Position numbers and translations under genes: made by a program
The notes under the pieces: model-generated
Told to the model about the DNA's origin: nothing
Seen by the model: only the letters and a program-made list of their open reading frames with translations
Databases searched by the model: none
Source of the DNA: Octopus bimaculoides
Taxonomy: Eukaryota
Length of the DNA: 62,639 bases
NCBI RefSeq assembly: GCF_001194135.2
Contig: NC_068983.1
Location: forward strand, 94,528,686-94,591,324
Direction of reading: 5' to 3'
In this document: piece after piece, positions 12,828 to 26,355 of the stretch
Layout of the letters: each line of letters starts with the position of its first letter
Numbering within the stretch: position 1 is the stretch's first letter

Positions 12828-12945
12828 TTTGCTTTCGTCCTTTCGGTGTTGATAAATTAAGAACCATTGAAACACTGCAGTCGATGTAATCAGCTAGTCC
12901 CTCCCCACAAAATTTCAGGTTTTGTGCCTATAGAAGAAAGGATTA
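12828..12945 (+). mobile_element. SINE family A, 3' half
   Basis: TTTGCTTTCGTCCTTTCGGTGTTGATAAATTAAG...AAAATTTCAGGTTTTGTGCCTATAG. Confidence 0.75.
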
Positions 12946-12973
12946 TTGTTATTATCATCATTATTATTATTAT

Positions 12974-13064
<91 letters not shown>

Positions 13065-13086
13065 GATGATGATGATGATGATGATG
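12945..13086. repeat. (ATT)n then a long (GAT)n microsatellite
   Basis: About 37 GAT units with one GAA interruption. Confidence 0.97.
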
Positions 13087-13539
13087 CCTTGGTGTGAACA
13101 GATGCGTCTGTTTCGTGTTTCGCTCTCCATGTTTTTGAATTTACCATGTCTGCATTAAAGGGGAAAAAAATTTTTTCGGATATTTTGCCGTTAAGAAAAT
13201 CTCGGAATATTTCAGTGCCCGTCTTGTTTCCTTTGTGAGTGGAAAGAATACGCTTTTACGTTTGTCTTGCGAACGTCATTGCTTTTGTTGCTTCATTCGG
13301 ACTGGATTTATTCATTCAGGCCAGAGATAGCCTGTTTTATTTATTTATCTATCTATTTATTTATTCATCTATTTTTTATTTATATATGGGTCATCCAGTT
13401 CGCTTGAGTGTTGGTCATATAAAGGCAGGTCTATATGCTTGCTCACCACTGTTAACCTATGTGTCATCAGTATGTCCGTTTTTACTGCTGCTTTAGGTTT
13501 TAGACTTCAGCTGTTCGAGGTCTAATCCAATTTCTTGCG

Positions 13540-14420
13540 ACAATTTTATTGATGCAGATATAGTCGATTTGATTTTTTCTGTCACGACTGTAGCTAACAA
13601 AGGTTTGTATCAGGCCTTCATGTGAACGGGAAGGCCTTAGGCAACTTGATAATTACCTTCTTGTATTACTCCCTCACGCTCAATAGTCTCTTACCTTTTC
13701 TTTTAGGAATGTACAGTCGATGGGTGCCAGACTTATTGTATAGAATGTGGCGGTTTATTTTGTCTAGTAGATTTCTCGTATTACAGTCTATGGAATCTAG
13801 GTCCGTCACGCTTCAGTCCAATGCTAACTACAGAGCCATATGTGACGTCTGGCTCTGCAAATAGTATTCTTGCTACTGAGATGAGTTTTATAATTGTTGT
13901 TTATAATCATGTTTACAACAGTTTTATGCGAGTTTCTACTACAGCAGTAGGTGCACCTCCCAGTTCCTGAGGTGTATGCAGCCTTGTAATTTAGCGGTAT
14001 ACAATTGTGTGATTGCGTGCTACATCAGCTTCGCTGTATTGCAGATTTTGCCTTGTAGCTTCTGGCATTATTTTTTGCGTTTTCTCTGTTGTGTATTGTA
14101 TATGCAATGTAAATTGTGTTAGTTGCTAGTGTTATAGTGTCAGGCACCGATTACGTAAGCTTATGCATTGTGCCACACTGTTTGGTGAGGATCTGTAAAC
14201 AATAACCGTATGAGTCGGATTATTCTGTTGCGTGGTGATTGTTTAGGCTATTTTTGTGTGCCGTGTGTACTATCTGAGTTGTGATATGGAACTAAAAGCG
14301 TCTGGCATACCATGTGGGGTGTGCCTAGGTGAACTTCTTTTTTATTTTTGTACTGCGTAACACTGTGAATGCGGGCATGGATTTTATGTTTTGGTTCATA
14401 TGATTTTTAAGCTTTTATAG
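13540..14420 (-). mobile_element. Decayed R4-like REL retrotransposon RT/thumb fragment
   Basis: DLDSIDCNTRNLL...SGTHRLYIPKRKGKRLLSV matches the DRLYxPRxxGGRGL motif. KTHLSSKN is also present. The upstream boundary is uncertain. Confidence 0.6.
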
Positions 14421-14820
14421 ATTTTTGTTGGGCGGTTTTCGTCACTTGTAGGACTATGGTGAAGATGTCCCGGCCAGGAAAGGCAGACAGTTTTCTTCTA
14501 ATTCTTATGACAAAAGGGACTGTGTGACGGACTCAACTGGAAGGATTAAAGACAAGTAATCCTCCTCTTCGGCTAATCTGTCATCAACTTGTTCGTGTTT
14601 AACTTCGAGAGGAAGGGAAGAATGGAAAGGGAGAGGTGCTTCCATACGGTAAATTTATCAAAAAATGATTAAAAGTAGTGAGCGTGGCTCCAGCGAACGG
14701 ACCTCTTTCAGCATGCATCAGTAGCCTAGGGAGTGACAATTTGGAGTGGGTAGTCTGTGTAACCCTGTATCTATAAGGTTCCTTGATTGGTCTTAGAAGG
14801 CAATCAGTAGTCATCTATGG

Positions 14821-15053
14821 CAGTGGTTCTCACCCATTTTTTTACCTATGGACCCCTCTGATTCCTATTTTACTCAGGTGGACCCTCCTAGCCATTCAAT
14901 GTTTTAAAAATCCTAAAATATTTTTATAATTAAATATTATTAGGAATTGTATAAAAAATGTTAAAATATTCTGTGTTTGTAGAAGTGTAAGCAATTTATT
15001 GTACATAATTTTTAACAAAAAAATCTTACATGGAGCCCGGTTGAGAATCACCG
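14821..15053. mobile_element. hAT (Charlie-type) MITE, 233 bp
   Basis: TIRs CAGTGGTTCTCACCC / GGTTGAGAATCACCG. The 8-bp flanks ATCTATGG / GTCTAGGG resemble the NTCTAGAN Charlie target. Confidence 0.8.
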
Positions 15054-15607
15054 GTCTAGGGACATAGAATTTTGTTTATTCTGTATACTTTCACTTTCAT
15101 TTTCTCCGTCATTTGATTGCAATGTAAAACCCCGCACTCATTTATATTTAACCCATCAGTCTTGCACAAAAAACAAAAATTAATCATTATAACAATTATC
15201 TTTTGTAGTCTAACTTTGTGTGCTTTCCATATATGAATATCGCTCTGTGGGCCTTCGGTACGTCTAGTGCTTTGTTTTGATTTTCTATTCTATAATGTAT
15301 TGAAAGTTCTCTTCGTAATATATGCAAAGTATCTAGTAGTGCTATTTTATGCGTGTTGTACATATTTGTAAACCTTAATGGGTGGAGTGATTATGTATCT
15401 GTTTGTATCTCTTTTAATCATTTCCTATATATTATTATAAGGATTGTTTCTGTTTTCGTTCCTCACTTGCTGGATATTTCTATTCCCAGATTTTTATGTT
15501 TGCAAAATTGTCCATTTCTTTTAGAAATACATTTATCGCCTGTTGGGACCGATACTTCAATTACGAGGCATTTCCTTCCTTGGTGGTTATAACAACTATT
15601 ATTACGA

Positions 15608-15725
15608 TGGCGAGTCGGGAGAATCGTTAGAATGTTGGACAAAATACCTAGCGAAATTTCTTCCGACATTCTGTGTTCAAACTCCGTTGGGTTAATTTTG
15701 CCTTTTATCTTTCTATGGTCGACCA
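15608..15725 (+). mobile_element. SINE family A, 5' half
   Basis: GGCGAGTCGGGAGAATCGTTAG...GTGTTCAAACTCCG...TTTTGCCTTTTATC. Confidence 0.7.
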
Positions 15726-15776
15726 GCTGTCAGAATCATTACCACACCGGTCTAAATGTCCGGTCCTTTCCTGTCT

Positions 15777-15964
15777 ATGAAACTATTTACCACGATTAAC
15801 AAAGGAAGAATACTTATATGCATGTTTACTCCTTCTTTAAACTGTGCAAATGGCACTTTGCACAGTTTAAAACATGCCATTTGCACTGTTTAAAGAAGGA
15901 GTTTAAATGCAGTTTAAATGCAGATAAGTATTCTTCCTTTGTTAATTGTGGTAAATAGTTTCAT
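15777..15964. repeat. Foldback (near-palindromic) element, ~188 bp
   Basis: ATGAAACTATTTACCAC(G/A)ATTAACAAAGGAAGAATACTTAT and AACTCCTTCTTTAAAC..TGCAAATGGCA both recur as reverse complements. There is also an inner 13-bp hairpin. Confidence 0.9.
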
Positions 15965-16150
15965 TTACTAGTTTTATTCAATAACTTTATAACATATAGA
16001 GAGGGTTTTTTACTGTTTAAATATTATTAACTTACGTTTGTCATAATAATGGTAATATATACTAGTATTGATAGGGGTAAATTTCACAAAAAAATATTAA
16101 TTCCCGTAAAGTTTATATAAACAGACAGTTTAATTTGACTTGTTTACACA

Positions 16151-16231
<81 letters not shown>

Positions 16232-16259
16232 CAGTGAAGTGTGTGTGTGTGTATGTATG

Positions 16260-16299
<40 letters not shown>

Positions 16300-16758
16300 T
16301 AAAACAATGGAGGTTTGTATGTAAATACATGTATAAATATTTAGATACTTAGATAGACACTTAGATAATTAATATATGAAACAATGGGGTTTGTATGTGT
16401 GTGTATATATGTATATTTCGTTACACACGCTCACACACACTGTATATGAGGAGGATGTAGCAAATGAGAGTAACGATAGTTTGAAGATAAAGAAGTCTCA
16501 ATGTAAACGAAGACAGCTGGATGGAATATAAATTTCATAGAAAAAACAACTATCTATGGTTATGTTTTAATTAACATGCACGATTAATTATAAACCGGAC
16601 GGTTTGTGTATAAGCTTTACTTTCTTTAGAAACAAATTTGGCACTACACTGGCCCGAACGAACTAAGTACTGATTTTCTGTTTCGGTACACTTTCAGGTC
16701 ATTGTCATTATCTTCCATAATAATAATATAAACCGTAAACGCCGGAATGTGTGAGTGA

Positions 16759-16817
<59 letters not shown>

Positions 16818-17149
16818 CGCGCGGACATCTGTATGTATGTGTGTGTTTTGGAACTTTTATTTAGTTTTGCTATTTCCACACACAGTTTAGTATTCAGTCA
16901 TTTTGTTAATTAATAACTGGTAATTAATCTGGATCTTAGAATAGTGACAAGTAAAAAATGTTGGAACTCTTAAAAACATTGTGTATTTTTCATTGCTCTA
17001 TGTCCGACATTTCTATCGACATTTGTCCGATATATTTCAGTATCCTATCTATCTATCTACCTGGCTGTCTGTCTTTTAGTGGAGGTAGATTCGTTGCTGT
17101 TTTGTAGTTATCGTTTTAACCCTCATATCAATACCATTCGAATAAACCT

Positions 17150-17420
17150 CTGAGCAAAGTTGTTTCAGCCGTGACCATTCGATGTTTTTTTTTCTAGGTT
17201 CTTTCGTTGTCGTTGGTTAACCTTCATTTAAGAGGAACTACGATCAAAGACCTTTCAGCTGTGACCTTTTAATTTTTTTTTTAAACAATGCATTTATAAA
17301 CTATATTATCCAACGTGCCCTTTTCCCCTTTAAGACAGTAAGTAGGATGTGTTTAGAGGAAAATTTATTTTCTGTTTCTTGTAGGTAGACGGCAGCATAG
17401 AGGTTCCTTTCTGGCTTCGT
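17150..17420 (+). repeat. Dispersed repeat family C (GGAAATTTGGCTGCTATTTCT..CAGGTC motif). Other pieces near 445-515, 19150-19215, 29555-29850, 35045-35500 and 36235-36300
   Basis: The same motifs recur at several sites. The class is not determined. Confidence 0.5.
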
Positions 17421-17782
17421 AAAGCACCCTTGTTGGCTCGTCATTTCGAGTTGATTTTAGAAATAATTATTGATTTCAAACTTTGGCTCAAGGCCAGCAG
17501 TTTCAAAGGAAGATTGAGTGGAATACATTACCTCTATGCTCAACTCGTACTTATAACGAAGCGTTGTGCACTGATAAAAGTGTCTTCACGGCATGCAAAG
17601 GTCATCTTTAAAACACGTCCCACTTCCTTAAAAAAACGAAGTAGACATTCGACAATGTGGTCTCTGGACGCCGATTGCCATTGGTCTGTTAAATCAGAGC
17701 TGACCAGGGCTCACACTTTAACAATAACAAAAAATATTCTAATTGGGAAAATATCACAGCAGTATGTGTATGTGTGTGTGTG

Positions 17783-17857
<75 letters not shown>

Positions 17858-17861
<4 letters not shown>

Positions 17862-18010
17862 CATCTTGGGCAAGTGTCTTCTACTATGGACCCAGGCCGC
17901 CCAAAGCCTTGTGAGTGAATTTGGTAGATGGAAACTGAAATAAGCCCATCATATGTTTGTGTCTGTGTGTGTGTGTGTGTGTTGTGTGTGTCCCCACTAA
18001 TATAGTGTGT
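17858..18010 (+). mobile_element. SINE family B (CORE-like central block), 5'-truncated
   Basis: GGCATCTTGGGCAAGTGTCTTCTACTAT...GCCTTGTGAGTGAATTTGGTAGATGGAAACTGAA is shared with 36985, 49455 and 56670. Confidence 0.75.
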
Positions 18011-18601
18011 CCCCCCCACTAATAAGAAAATATATTACTCCCGTCCGAGTACATCAGAGCGTGGGAAGAGCTTCTGCTGCGGAAATACTCTCGGGAGAAA
18101 ATTCTCCTCAAAGACGACATGTTTGAAAACGCATTGGGCGATGAAAGATGTCATTGGATCGTATGACAAATGCATATTTGTGTCTTTTTATGTTGTCAGT
18201 TATGAACACTAAATCTCAAATTCACAGCCCCAAAAGAAAGAATTCGTTCTTACTTTAGAACAGCAAATTATACGTTTGCCGATGTGCATAAACTTTGGTC
18301 AAGCTAGAATTAAATAAAGTCGCATAAAACAGCGTTCAATAAAATATACTTCCGTAGCGGAAGGTCTTCCCAAGTCCTAGTATACTCAAACATGTTAAAT
18401 ATGATTTTACACACGAATGTGTGTATGTGTGTGTGTGTGTGTGCGTGTGTGTGCGCGTGTGCGTACATATATTCACGTACATAAAATCACACATGCGTTA
18501 CAGAGGCGTTTTTCCTTAATATATGTGTTTTTATGCGTGTGTCTGTATATGTATGTGTGTGTATGTATGTATCTATCTATCTATGTACACACACGAGCGC
18601 G

Positions 18602-18644
<43 letters not shown>

Positions 18645-19509
18645 TCACACATAATCATATGGTCATAGTCTTAAAGTTTTGAGAGTATTTGCTTTCATTA
18701 CATAAGGTATCTCATTGAAAGGATCTAGTCGGTTTGGCTGTTAGCTTCAATTCTGTTCGATTTGATTTCATATTTAGTGTAATGATACACTTTTATTGAC
18801 TAATGAATGACGTGAAAATCTTTTTCGCTATAAATCAATACATTAAGTGTAATTAGCAATTAAAGTTTGAAATTTTTGGTAATTTTAGCCAATCGTAAGC
18901 AACAGACACAGTCATGCCTGATTGCATAGTAACAAGAGAAACATGAGAACTCTTTTGTCAGCGAGAAAGCAGGTGTTGAGAAATATATTGAAACTTGTTT
19001 TCCCTATCTGTTGACAATTGAGCATGTGAATTTATGAACCGATCAACAAAATGTTTGTTTTTTAAAAATATTTAATTTGTAACATGTTGTTCATCGCATT
19101 TGCATTAAATGCTTATTGAATGCTTAAAACTACTTGTTTACTCATTTCTTTTTGTCATTGAGGTGGTTGAGAGGTGTGCTAAAAATAACAGCTAAATAAC
19201 GTTTTTTGGATAAATCCTTTAAGTTTGTACTGTCACATTAAATGCATATTGAATGCTTCAAACTACAAAACACGTGTTGCTTACAAATATTGATAACACG
19301 TGCTGTTTTCAGGATGCTGAAAACAAAATGTCCAGTCACGGACAAAATAACAGCTTCCAAATCCTGTTTCCTGACTGGGTGAAAAATGATCAAACTTTAA
19401 ACCTCTATAATTTTTTTTTAATATTTTTCTGGAAAAGTGAAATAACTCAAGTAATTCAGCTTGGAAAAGTATATTATTATGCCAAATCTTAAAATTTTCG
19501 ATAAGCTTT

Positions 19510-20035
19510 TGTCAGGGGCCGTGGATGCGAGGTGACGAATTCACCCGAGTCTACACTACAGAGAGCCCGTCACCAGTCATTTTGTGGGAGACAAAATAGA
19601 CGATAAAAGGAAGATGTATCTGTACCGAAGAGGTGAAATCTGAAAGGACGGTTGGTCATTAAAGTAAAATGAAAGCTGGCACTGAACAAAGAATTTGAAG
19701 ATCTTTGTTCTTGATGAGCTCACGACTTAATAATGGAGTGACCGAGCGATGGTTCTTTAGACGGAGTTACCAATTTGTAATGGGGTGACCNNNNNNNNNN
19801 NNNNNNNNNNNNNNNNNNNNNNNNNNNNNNNNNNNNNNNNNNNNNNNNNNNNNNNNNNNNNNNNNNNNNNNNNNNNNNNNNNNNNNNNNNNNNNNNNNNN
19901 NNNNNNNNNNNNNNNNNNNNNNNNNNNNNNNNNNNNNNNNNNNNNNNNNNNNNNNNNNNNNNNNNNNNNNNNNNNNNNNNNNNNNNNNNNNNNNNNNNNN
20001 NNNNNNNNNNNNNNNNNNNNNNNNNNNNNNNNNNN

Positions 20036-20081
<46 letters not shown>

Positions 20082-20904
20082 TGTGTGCGTGTGTGTAAGC
20101 ATAGATGTATGCGCGTGTTAAGAACATATAAGGATGGCAATGAAGAAGAAGCAGTGAAAGAGTCTATAGCCGTCGAAGTGAGAAGCAACTTCATAGACAT
20201 AAGAAAGATAATGCCAGTCGTACACGATGGTTGAAACACTGTATCAAGAAGTCGCGGCCATGATGCTGAGCCGGTTGCAGGTACATGTCGTACGTGAAGT
20301 CGTGGCTGTGATGCTGCTGTCTGGGTCACTTGATACAGAAGTTCATGCAGGTCGTATATTCGCTGTTGATCTGTGGTGAAATGATTCACGAACAGTGAAC
20401 TATTGGGACCGGGGTGAATTGCTTGCTGAGCTGTGTACGAAGAGAGATGATGTTGACGACGTTATGGACATTATGATGGCGACGAAGAAGGAGGTTGCCG
20501 TAATGCTGCTGGACTTAGTTGGTAAGTCACAACGTAGCTGCTGTGGTGTTGTCTGGCGTTGTCTCTGGAACTGGTTGTGTCTTTGTGGTCAGTGGCTAGA
20601 CCTTTAAAGGTCTGGAACCAAAGACCTCGGAAAGAGAAAAGGCTGAGTTTTTATAAGGAGCTGTAGGTTCAAACAGGGTAGTACACAGGCTGCCCCACGT
20701 GATCCTATTTTGAGCATCCGACTGGTTATACACGGCAAGTTGGCGCAACTGAATAAGAGACAAATTGTGCCAATACCAACCAATTAGAGTAGTGGACACA
20801 ACGGGATCCAAACAGCGGCCAAAGGCTAGTTGTTCCCTGCAACATTCGAATGCACGTATTTATAATAAATGGGAGAGAGGAATTTCACCCGAGTCTACAC
20901 TACA
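19510..20904. mobile_element. Solo-LTR-like element (TG...CA, 4-bp TSD CTTT), contains a gap
   Basis: Starts TGTCAGG at 19510 after CTTT and ends CTACACTACA at 20904 before CTTT. TATAAAA lies on the minus strand near 20650 and AATAAA on the plus strand near 20864. A 21-bp terminal sequence is duplicated internally. Confidence 0.65.
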
Positions 20905-22144
20905 CTTTAATTTTTGAAATGCTGGCAGTGAAACAAACTAGATCCCATTGAAACACTTCATTTTCATTACTTAGTTATCGCCTGATTTATATACCAGACG
21001 ACACTTGAAAGCGTATGCTGATCTTAAACATCTTTCTTCCTGTTTCCTCTCGAGATAATCAGTGGATGTCGCTATTTATTTAATAGCTCACAGATGCTTA
21101 ATATAACTTGTCTTCTTACTAATAACATAAACTGGTAGTGGGACACAGCCTTGCTCTTACGATGAACGTTCCGGCTATCATTTTGTTGTTGTTGTTGTTG
21201 CTATTTCGTAGACTAATGTAATAATTCATAATCATTCTACCGTTGATCACAGGTGCATTGTGCAATGTATTTATTTAATTAACACTAAAATTCTAGGCGC
21301 TGTTGTTTCATGAATAATAACAAAGCTTTGATGGTGATACGTTTCTGCCGAAAACAGACGTACACATTCCTTACCACACGCAATTATACTTTTGAAATAT
21401 ACGCTATAAATTCTATTTTTAATAATCAATCAATTTTAGTCTCGCTAAAAAAAGTAGTTACAATACTGGCGTAGCAAAATGGGATAGGCTAGGGACGTGC
21501 TGTGCTCTGGATGACATTTTTCAAGGCTGAATTTTATGTTTAACGTGAAGGAGTTAGCAAAATTAAAGACCTCACCGAAGACACAAACTTTAATTATGCT
21601 GCAGGTTTTAAATCACCATGAGTAGAATAATGACGTTTGAAGAACTCTAGAAACTCGTCTGATCTCCCTCATGCATTTTGTTTACTCTCAGAGAGACAAA
21701 ACTATGGTGTAAATATTGACTTTACTTTTCAGTGAAGGAAAACTTTTATCCAAAACGTTGGATGAAATTTTTTATCTGGTGGACCATAAATGGATTAATC
21801 AAACCAGGTTGTCAGTACATGCCCTACTATGCAAATTACACTGATCGGTTTAGTTGAGCCCTAGTTTATATTCGATATCATTAGATCTAAATTTTTAATC
21901 TCTCCATACAACAGAAGGCTATTCTTTCTCCGATTAAGGCCTACGACTAAAAACTAGTAATATTGATCTCACATTTTTCGTATGTATGCTTGTATGTATG
22001 TATGTATGTATGTATGCTTGTATGTATGTATGTATGTATGTATGTATGTATGTATGTATGTATGTATGTATGTAGGTAAGTAGGAGGCTGATTCACTGGT
22101 GTAAAGGTAACACACTTAGTCGCGTTAACAAAGGGATGTGGGTT

Positions 22145-22767
22145 CAACTTTCACGCGGATAGGAAAGCCTTCTTTTTTTATATATATACCTTAATTTCAG
22201 CAAGGCCTTTAACAAAATCAACTGCAATATACTATTAAGGAAACTATCCAACGCTGGAGTCGGTGGAAAGCTACTTCGATGGATTAAATATTTCCCAGTA
22301 TGTTGTGGTTGAGGGCATCCACTCAAGACCAGCAAAAGTCATCAGCGGAGTCCCGCAAGGTACTGTGCTGGGTCTACTTCTTATTCTCCATATCAATGAC
22401 ATTGCAGATTCCATTGAACATAGTACTATTAAAATATTTACAGAATGATCGAACGATGCTTCAATCGGACCTACGCGCACTAACGCAGTGGGCACAAAAA
22501 AAAAAATATGCAGTTGAACGAAGAAAAATTTGAGCTCATCCACTGTGGAAAAGAGGGTACGCTCAAACAACCATATACACTAACGTTGGGAGACCTGCTT
22601 GAATCGTCGGATAATATCAGAGACTTAGGTGTAACTGTCGACAGCAACCTTAGCTGGAGTGTGCACATCAACAAAGAAGTCGATGTTGCTCGCAGAATGT
22701 GCTCATGAATCCTCAGAACTTTTCAATCTAGGGATCATGAAACCATCATTCTTCTTTTCGCCACATT
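22145..22767 (+). mobile_element. CR1/L2/Jockey-group LINE RT fragment
   Basis: SQYVVVEG...SGVPQGTVLG, LQSDLRALTQW, MQLNEEKF, IRDLGVTVDSNLSWSVHI. It runs into a gap. Confidence 0.9.
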
Positions 22768-23588
22768 NNNNNNNNNNNNNNNNNNNNNNNNNNNNNNNNN
22801 NNNNNNNNNNNNNNNNNNNNNNNNNNNNNNNNNNNNNNNNNNNNNNNNNNNNNNNNNNNNNNNNNNNNNNNNNNNNNNNNNNNNNNNNNNNNNNNNNNNN
22901 NNNNNNNNNNNNNNNNNNNNNNNNNNNNNNNNNNNNNNNNNNNNNNNNNNNNNNNNNNNNNNNNNNNNNNNNNNNNNNNNNNNNNNNNNNNNNNNNNNNN
23001 NNNNNNNNNNNNNNNNNNNNNNNNNNNNNNNNNNNNNNNNNNNNNNNNNNNNNNNNNNNNNNNNNNNNNNNNNNNNNNNNNNNNNNNNNNNNNNNNNNNN
23101 NNNNNNNNNNNNNNNNNNNNNNNNNNNNNNNNNNNNNNNNNNNNNNNNNNNNNNNNNNNNNNNNNNNNNNNNNNNNNNNNNNNNNNNNNNNNNNNNNNNN
23201 NNNNNNNNNNNNNNNNNNNNNNNNNNNNNNNNNNNNNNNNNNNNNNNNNNNNNNNNNNNNNNNNNNNNNNNNNNNNNNNNNNNNNNNNNNNNNNNNNNNN
23301 NNNNNNNNNNNNNNNNNNNNNNNNNNNNNNNNNNNNNNNNNNNNNNNNNNNNNNNNNNNNNNNNNNNNNNNNNNNNNNNNNNNNNNNNNNNNNNNNNNNN
23401 NNNNNNNNNNNNNNNNNNNNNNNNNNNNNNNNNNNNNNNNNNNNNNNNNNNNNNNNNNNNNNNNNNNNNNNNNNNNNNNNNNNNNNNNNNNNNNNNNNNN
23501 NNNNNNNNNNNNNNNNNNNNNNNNNNNNNNNNNNNNNNNNNNNNNNNNNNNNNNNNNNNNNNNNNNNNNNNNNNNNNNNNNNNNNNNN

Positions 23589-23643
23589 CGCCCGGTCCAG
23601 GAATCGAAACCACAATCTTACGATCATGATGCTGACACCCTAA

Positions 23644-23646
<3 letters not shown>
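23589..23646 (-). mobile_element. tRNA-like SINE head (third family); the remainder lies in the gap
   Basis: Minus strand TGGTTAGGGTGTCAGC...GGTTTCGATTCCTGG gives A- and B-box-like motifs. Confidence 0.5.
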
Positions 23647-23706
<60 letters not shown>

Positions 23707-24289
23707 TGGTTCAAAATTGTTTTTAAAAAAAACAAGACAAAGACAACAACAAACAAGGTGCACTAGTTTAACGCTCAGGAAAACAGAAGAGTCTTTGGAC
23801 TTTTCGAGCCTACACTATTCTACACGATGGAATGAGGAAACATACAAATACACTTGTATACCTATATGCATTGACAAGCTCTTGAATCATTGTGGTCTGA
23901 GATCTGGAATGAAAAGAGATGTCAACTGTGGCTAAATACAGTTAGAAAAGAATACTGTACCAACATCGACAGCCAAACTTACACAATCGGCCCTGAAACT
24001 TCTACCATAGCTGTAGGCAAATTACATTAATGAGAAGGCACGTGGAAGGGACCTAATAGTTAGATACTGTACAAGAAGATGAATTTCTAGAGAAAGCCAT
24101 TAATATGTACATTCAAGAGAACTATGAAACTATGGAAGGCTAGATTGACATATCAATTTCATCAACATATCATGAACTAAAATTGATATATACATATTTA
24201 TACATATACACGCACATTTATACATACACACACATGTAATGCGTTCTGTAAGCGGGATAGACTATCTTTTGTGTAGGGATAAGTTCAAG

Positions 24290-24960
24290 TTTTTCGCTGC
24301 AGATGATAAACAACTAGAAACTCTGCTGCAGACTTTACACAGGATCATCAGAGAAAATTAATATGAAATTCGGATTATAAATAAGAAAAAGTATATAAAT
24401 AGATATAAAAGAATGTACCTCACGGACTTATAAATGCTTGAGAATCAATGAACCAGGCAGGGTACAAAACACAGAGAAATGGAAGAAAATGTCACAAAAG
24501 AATATAAATGCATTAGATTAATGATTGAAACAGCTAAATACGGTAATGTGCATCTCACGAGAAGCTATCAAAGGCATAAAATAAGACAGATTACAAAATG
24601 TAACTGCAATTTGAGTGAAGATGGGAAGAAACAATTAATCAAATTTATTTTTGGTTGTCCAAACTTAGCCAAGAGCATATGTATTGATACATGCATATAA
24701 TGTATGTATATACTGTGTGTGTGTGTGTTTGTGTCTGTGTCTGTGTCTGTGTGTGTGTGTGTTTGTGTTTGTGTGTGTGTACATATATATAGTGGGACAT
24801 ATTGTATACCACATTATACAATCCACACACGAAAAAGATGACCTGCTAATTAACAAAGACGGAAAGATCGAAATAAAGCGACCACCAGTAGAAATGTGTT
24901 TCTTGGTCGAGCTGTCAGTACCAGTCAGTTGGGACTTAAAATATATTTATAAAAGAAATG
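24290..24960 (+). mobile_element. Highly decayed REL-type retrotransposon fragment, split by a (TG)n tract
   Basis: MKFGL (like MEFGLxKC) and DLLINKDGK...CFLVELSVP (like PDxxxxD..CxLxDxxxP). Confidence 0.4.
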
Positions 24961-25257
24961 GCGATAACCAGACTGAAGAAATTGAAAACAGAAACAATTC
25001 TCATAATAATTGGTTCCTTGAGAATGATTTTAACACATGCAAGTCATATATAATCAATAATCTCGGTCTTGCGTCTTGCACAAATACACACACATACATA
25101 CCTAATACAGAAATTATCACTACAAAGCACTACTCATATTACTAAGTAATATGTTTGTCGTACTTTAAATAGAACAGAAAAGTACAAAGGCATTTGCACA
25201 TGTCCAAGGTACATATGTGTTCGGTTGTGAAGTGAAAGTGAAACTAAAATTAATCCT

Positions 25258-25468
25258 TTCTACTATAGGCACTAGGCCTGTAATTGTTTGTGGGGAGACT
25301 AGGCGATTACATCGCCACCCAGTGTTTCACTGGTATTTAATTTATCGACCCTAAAGGAGGAAAAGCAAAGTCAACCCCGGCGGAATTTGAACTCATGACT
25401 TAAAGACGGGCGAAATACCGCTAAGCATTTCATCCAGCATGCTAATGATTCTTCCAGATCGCTGCCTT
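25258..25468 (-). mobile_element. SINE family A
   Basis: Full reverse-complement copy of the family. Confidence 0.85.
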
Positions 25469-25589
25469 AATAATAATAATAATGTCTCTTATTAGCCACA
25501 GAGGAACATCACAAGAATAAATAATGGAGATTTACATAAAGGATGAGGAGAAAGAAATGGAAAAGACGGCGAAATGTGATAAAAGTACA

Positions 25590-26215
25590 TATTTAATACA
25601 AAAAATGTGATAATATGAATGATGCAGCCCTCCTGTTACAGGAGAATGTCCAACTAGGGTCAATCAATGAACTCCACTGATGCACGACTACTCTGACCAC
25701 CAAAAGGCACGAACCCTCTCTCTCATGTTCTCCAATCTACAGGTACATTCACTAACCATTTTTGCTACAGTCGTCCATCTTTTAACAAATTTGCTGGGTG
25801 GCAACAATTCCCTCTCTCTCTCTTCACCTTCCTTTTCAAGTGAAACTTAAGAGTCAATGAAAGCTTGACCAAGGAGGAAGGTGTCTTTCCTCAATCCTTT
25901 CAGCCTCGTCCACCACACAACCGTTTTCGCCATATCAACTAGACAGAGGAACACTGCCTACCCTGCCTTGTTAGAGGTGAGTAATGAGGCGATCCTCAGA
26001 ATGGATTTAACCGATAATCACATTCATCCCACACGCGATTCGACATATCTCCACAAGTATTAGGACACTGCACGCATGCGTAGAGAAGAGTTTCGTCACT
26101 TTCCGTGCTTGTAGAGTTTATCTCGAACTGGTAGTGCTCCTCGGCCTTTCCTTAACCCAGGATTGTAGCTCCGTTCAGAAAAATCTCAGTGACGAAGCTG
26201 CAGTGCGTGTCTGCT
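25590..26215 (-). mobile_element. L1/Tx1-clade LINE 3' fragment (zinc-knuckle region)
   Basis: GALPVRDKLYKHG, SDETLLYACVQCP, AVFLCLVDMAKTVVWWTRLKG, with stops. Confidence 0.7.
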
Positions 26216-26268
26216 CATTAGCAGCCATGACATGCCAAGTCTGCCATCCAGAGGGCGATGAATAATGA

Positions 26269-26269
<1 letters not shown>

Positions 26270-26355
<86 letters not shown>

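Noticed and set aside
16440-16700. Possible mariner terminal fragment (TATATGAGGAGGATGTAGCAAA)
   Set aside because: Only weak TIR resemblance, with no partner end or coding motif.
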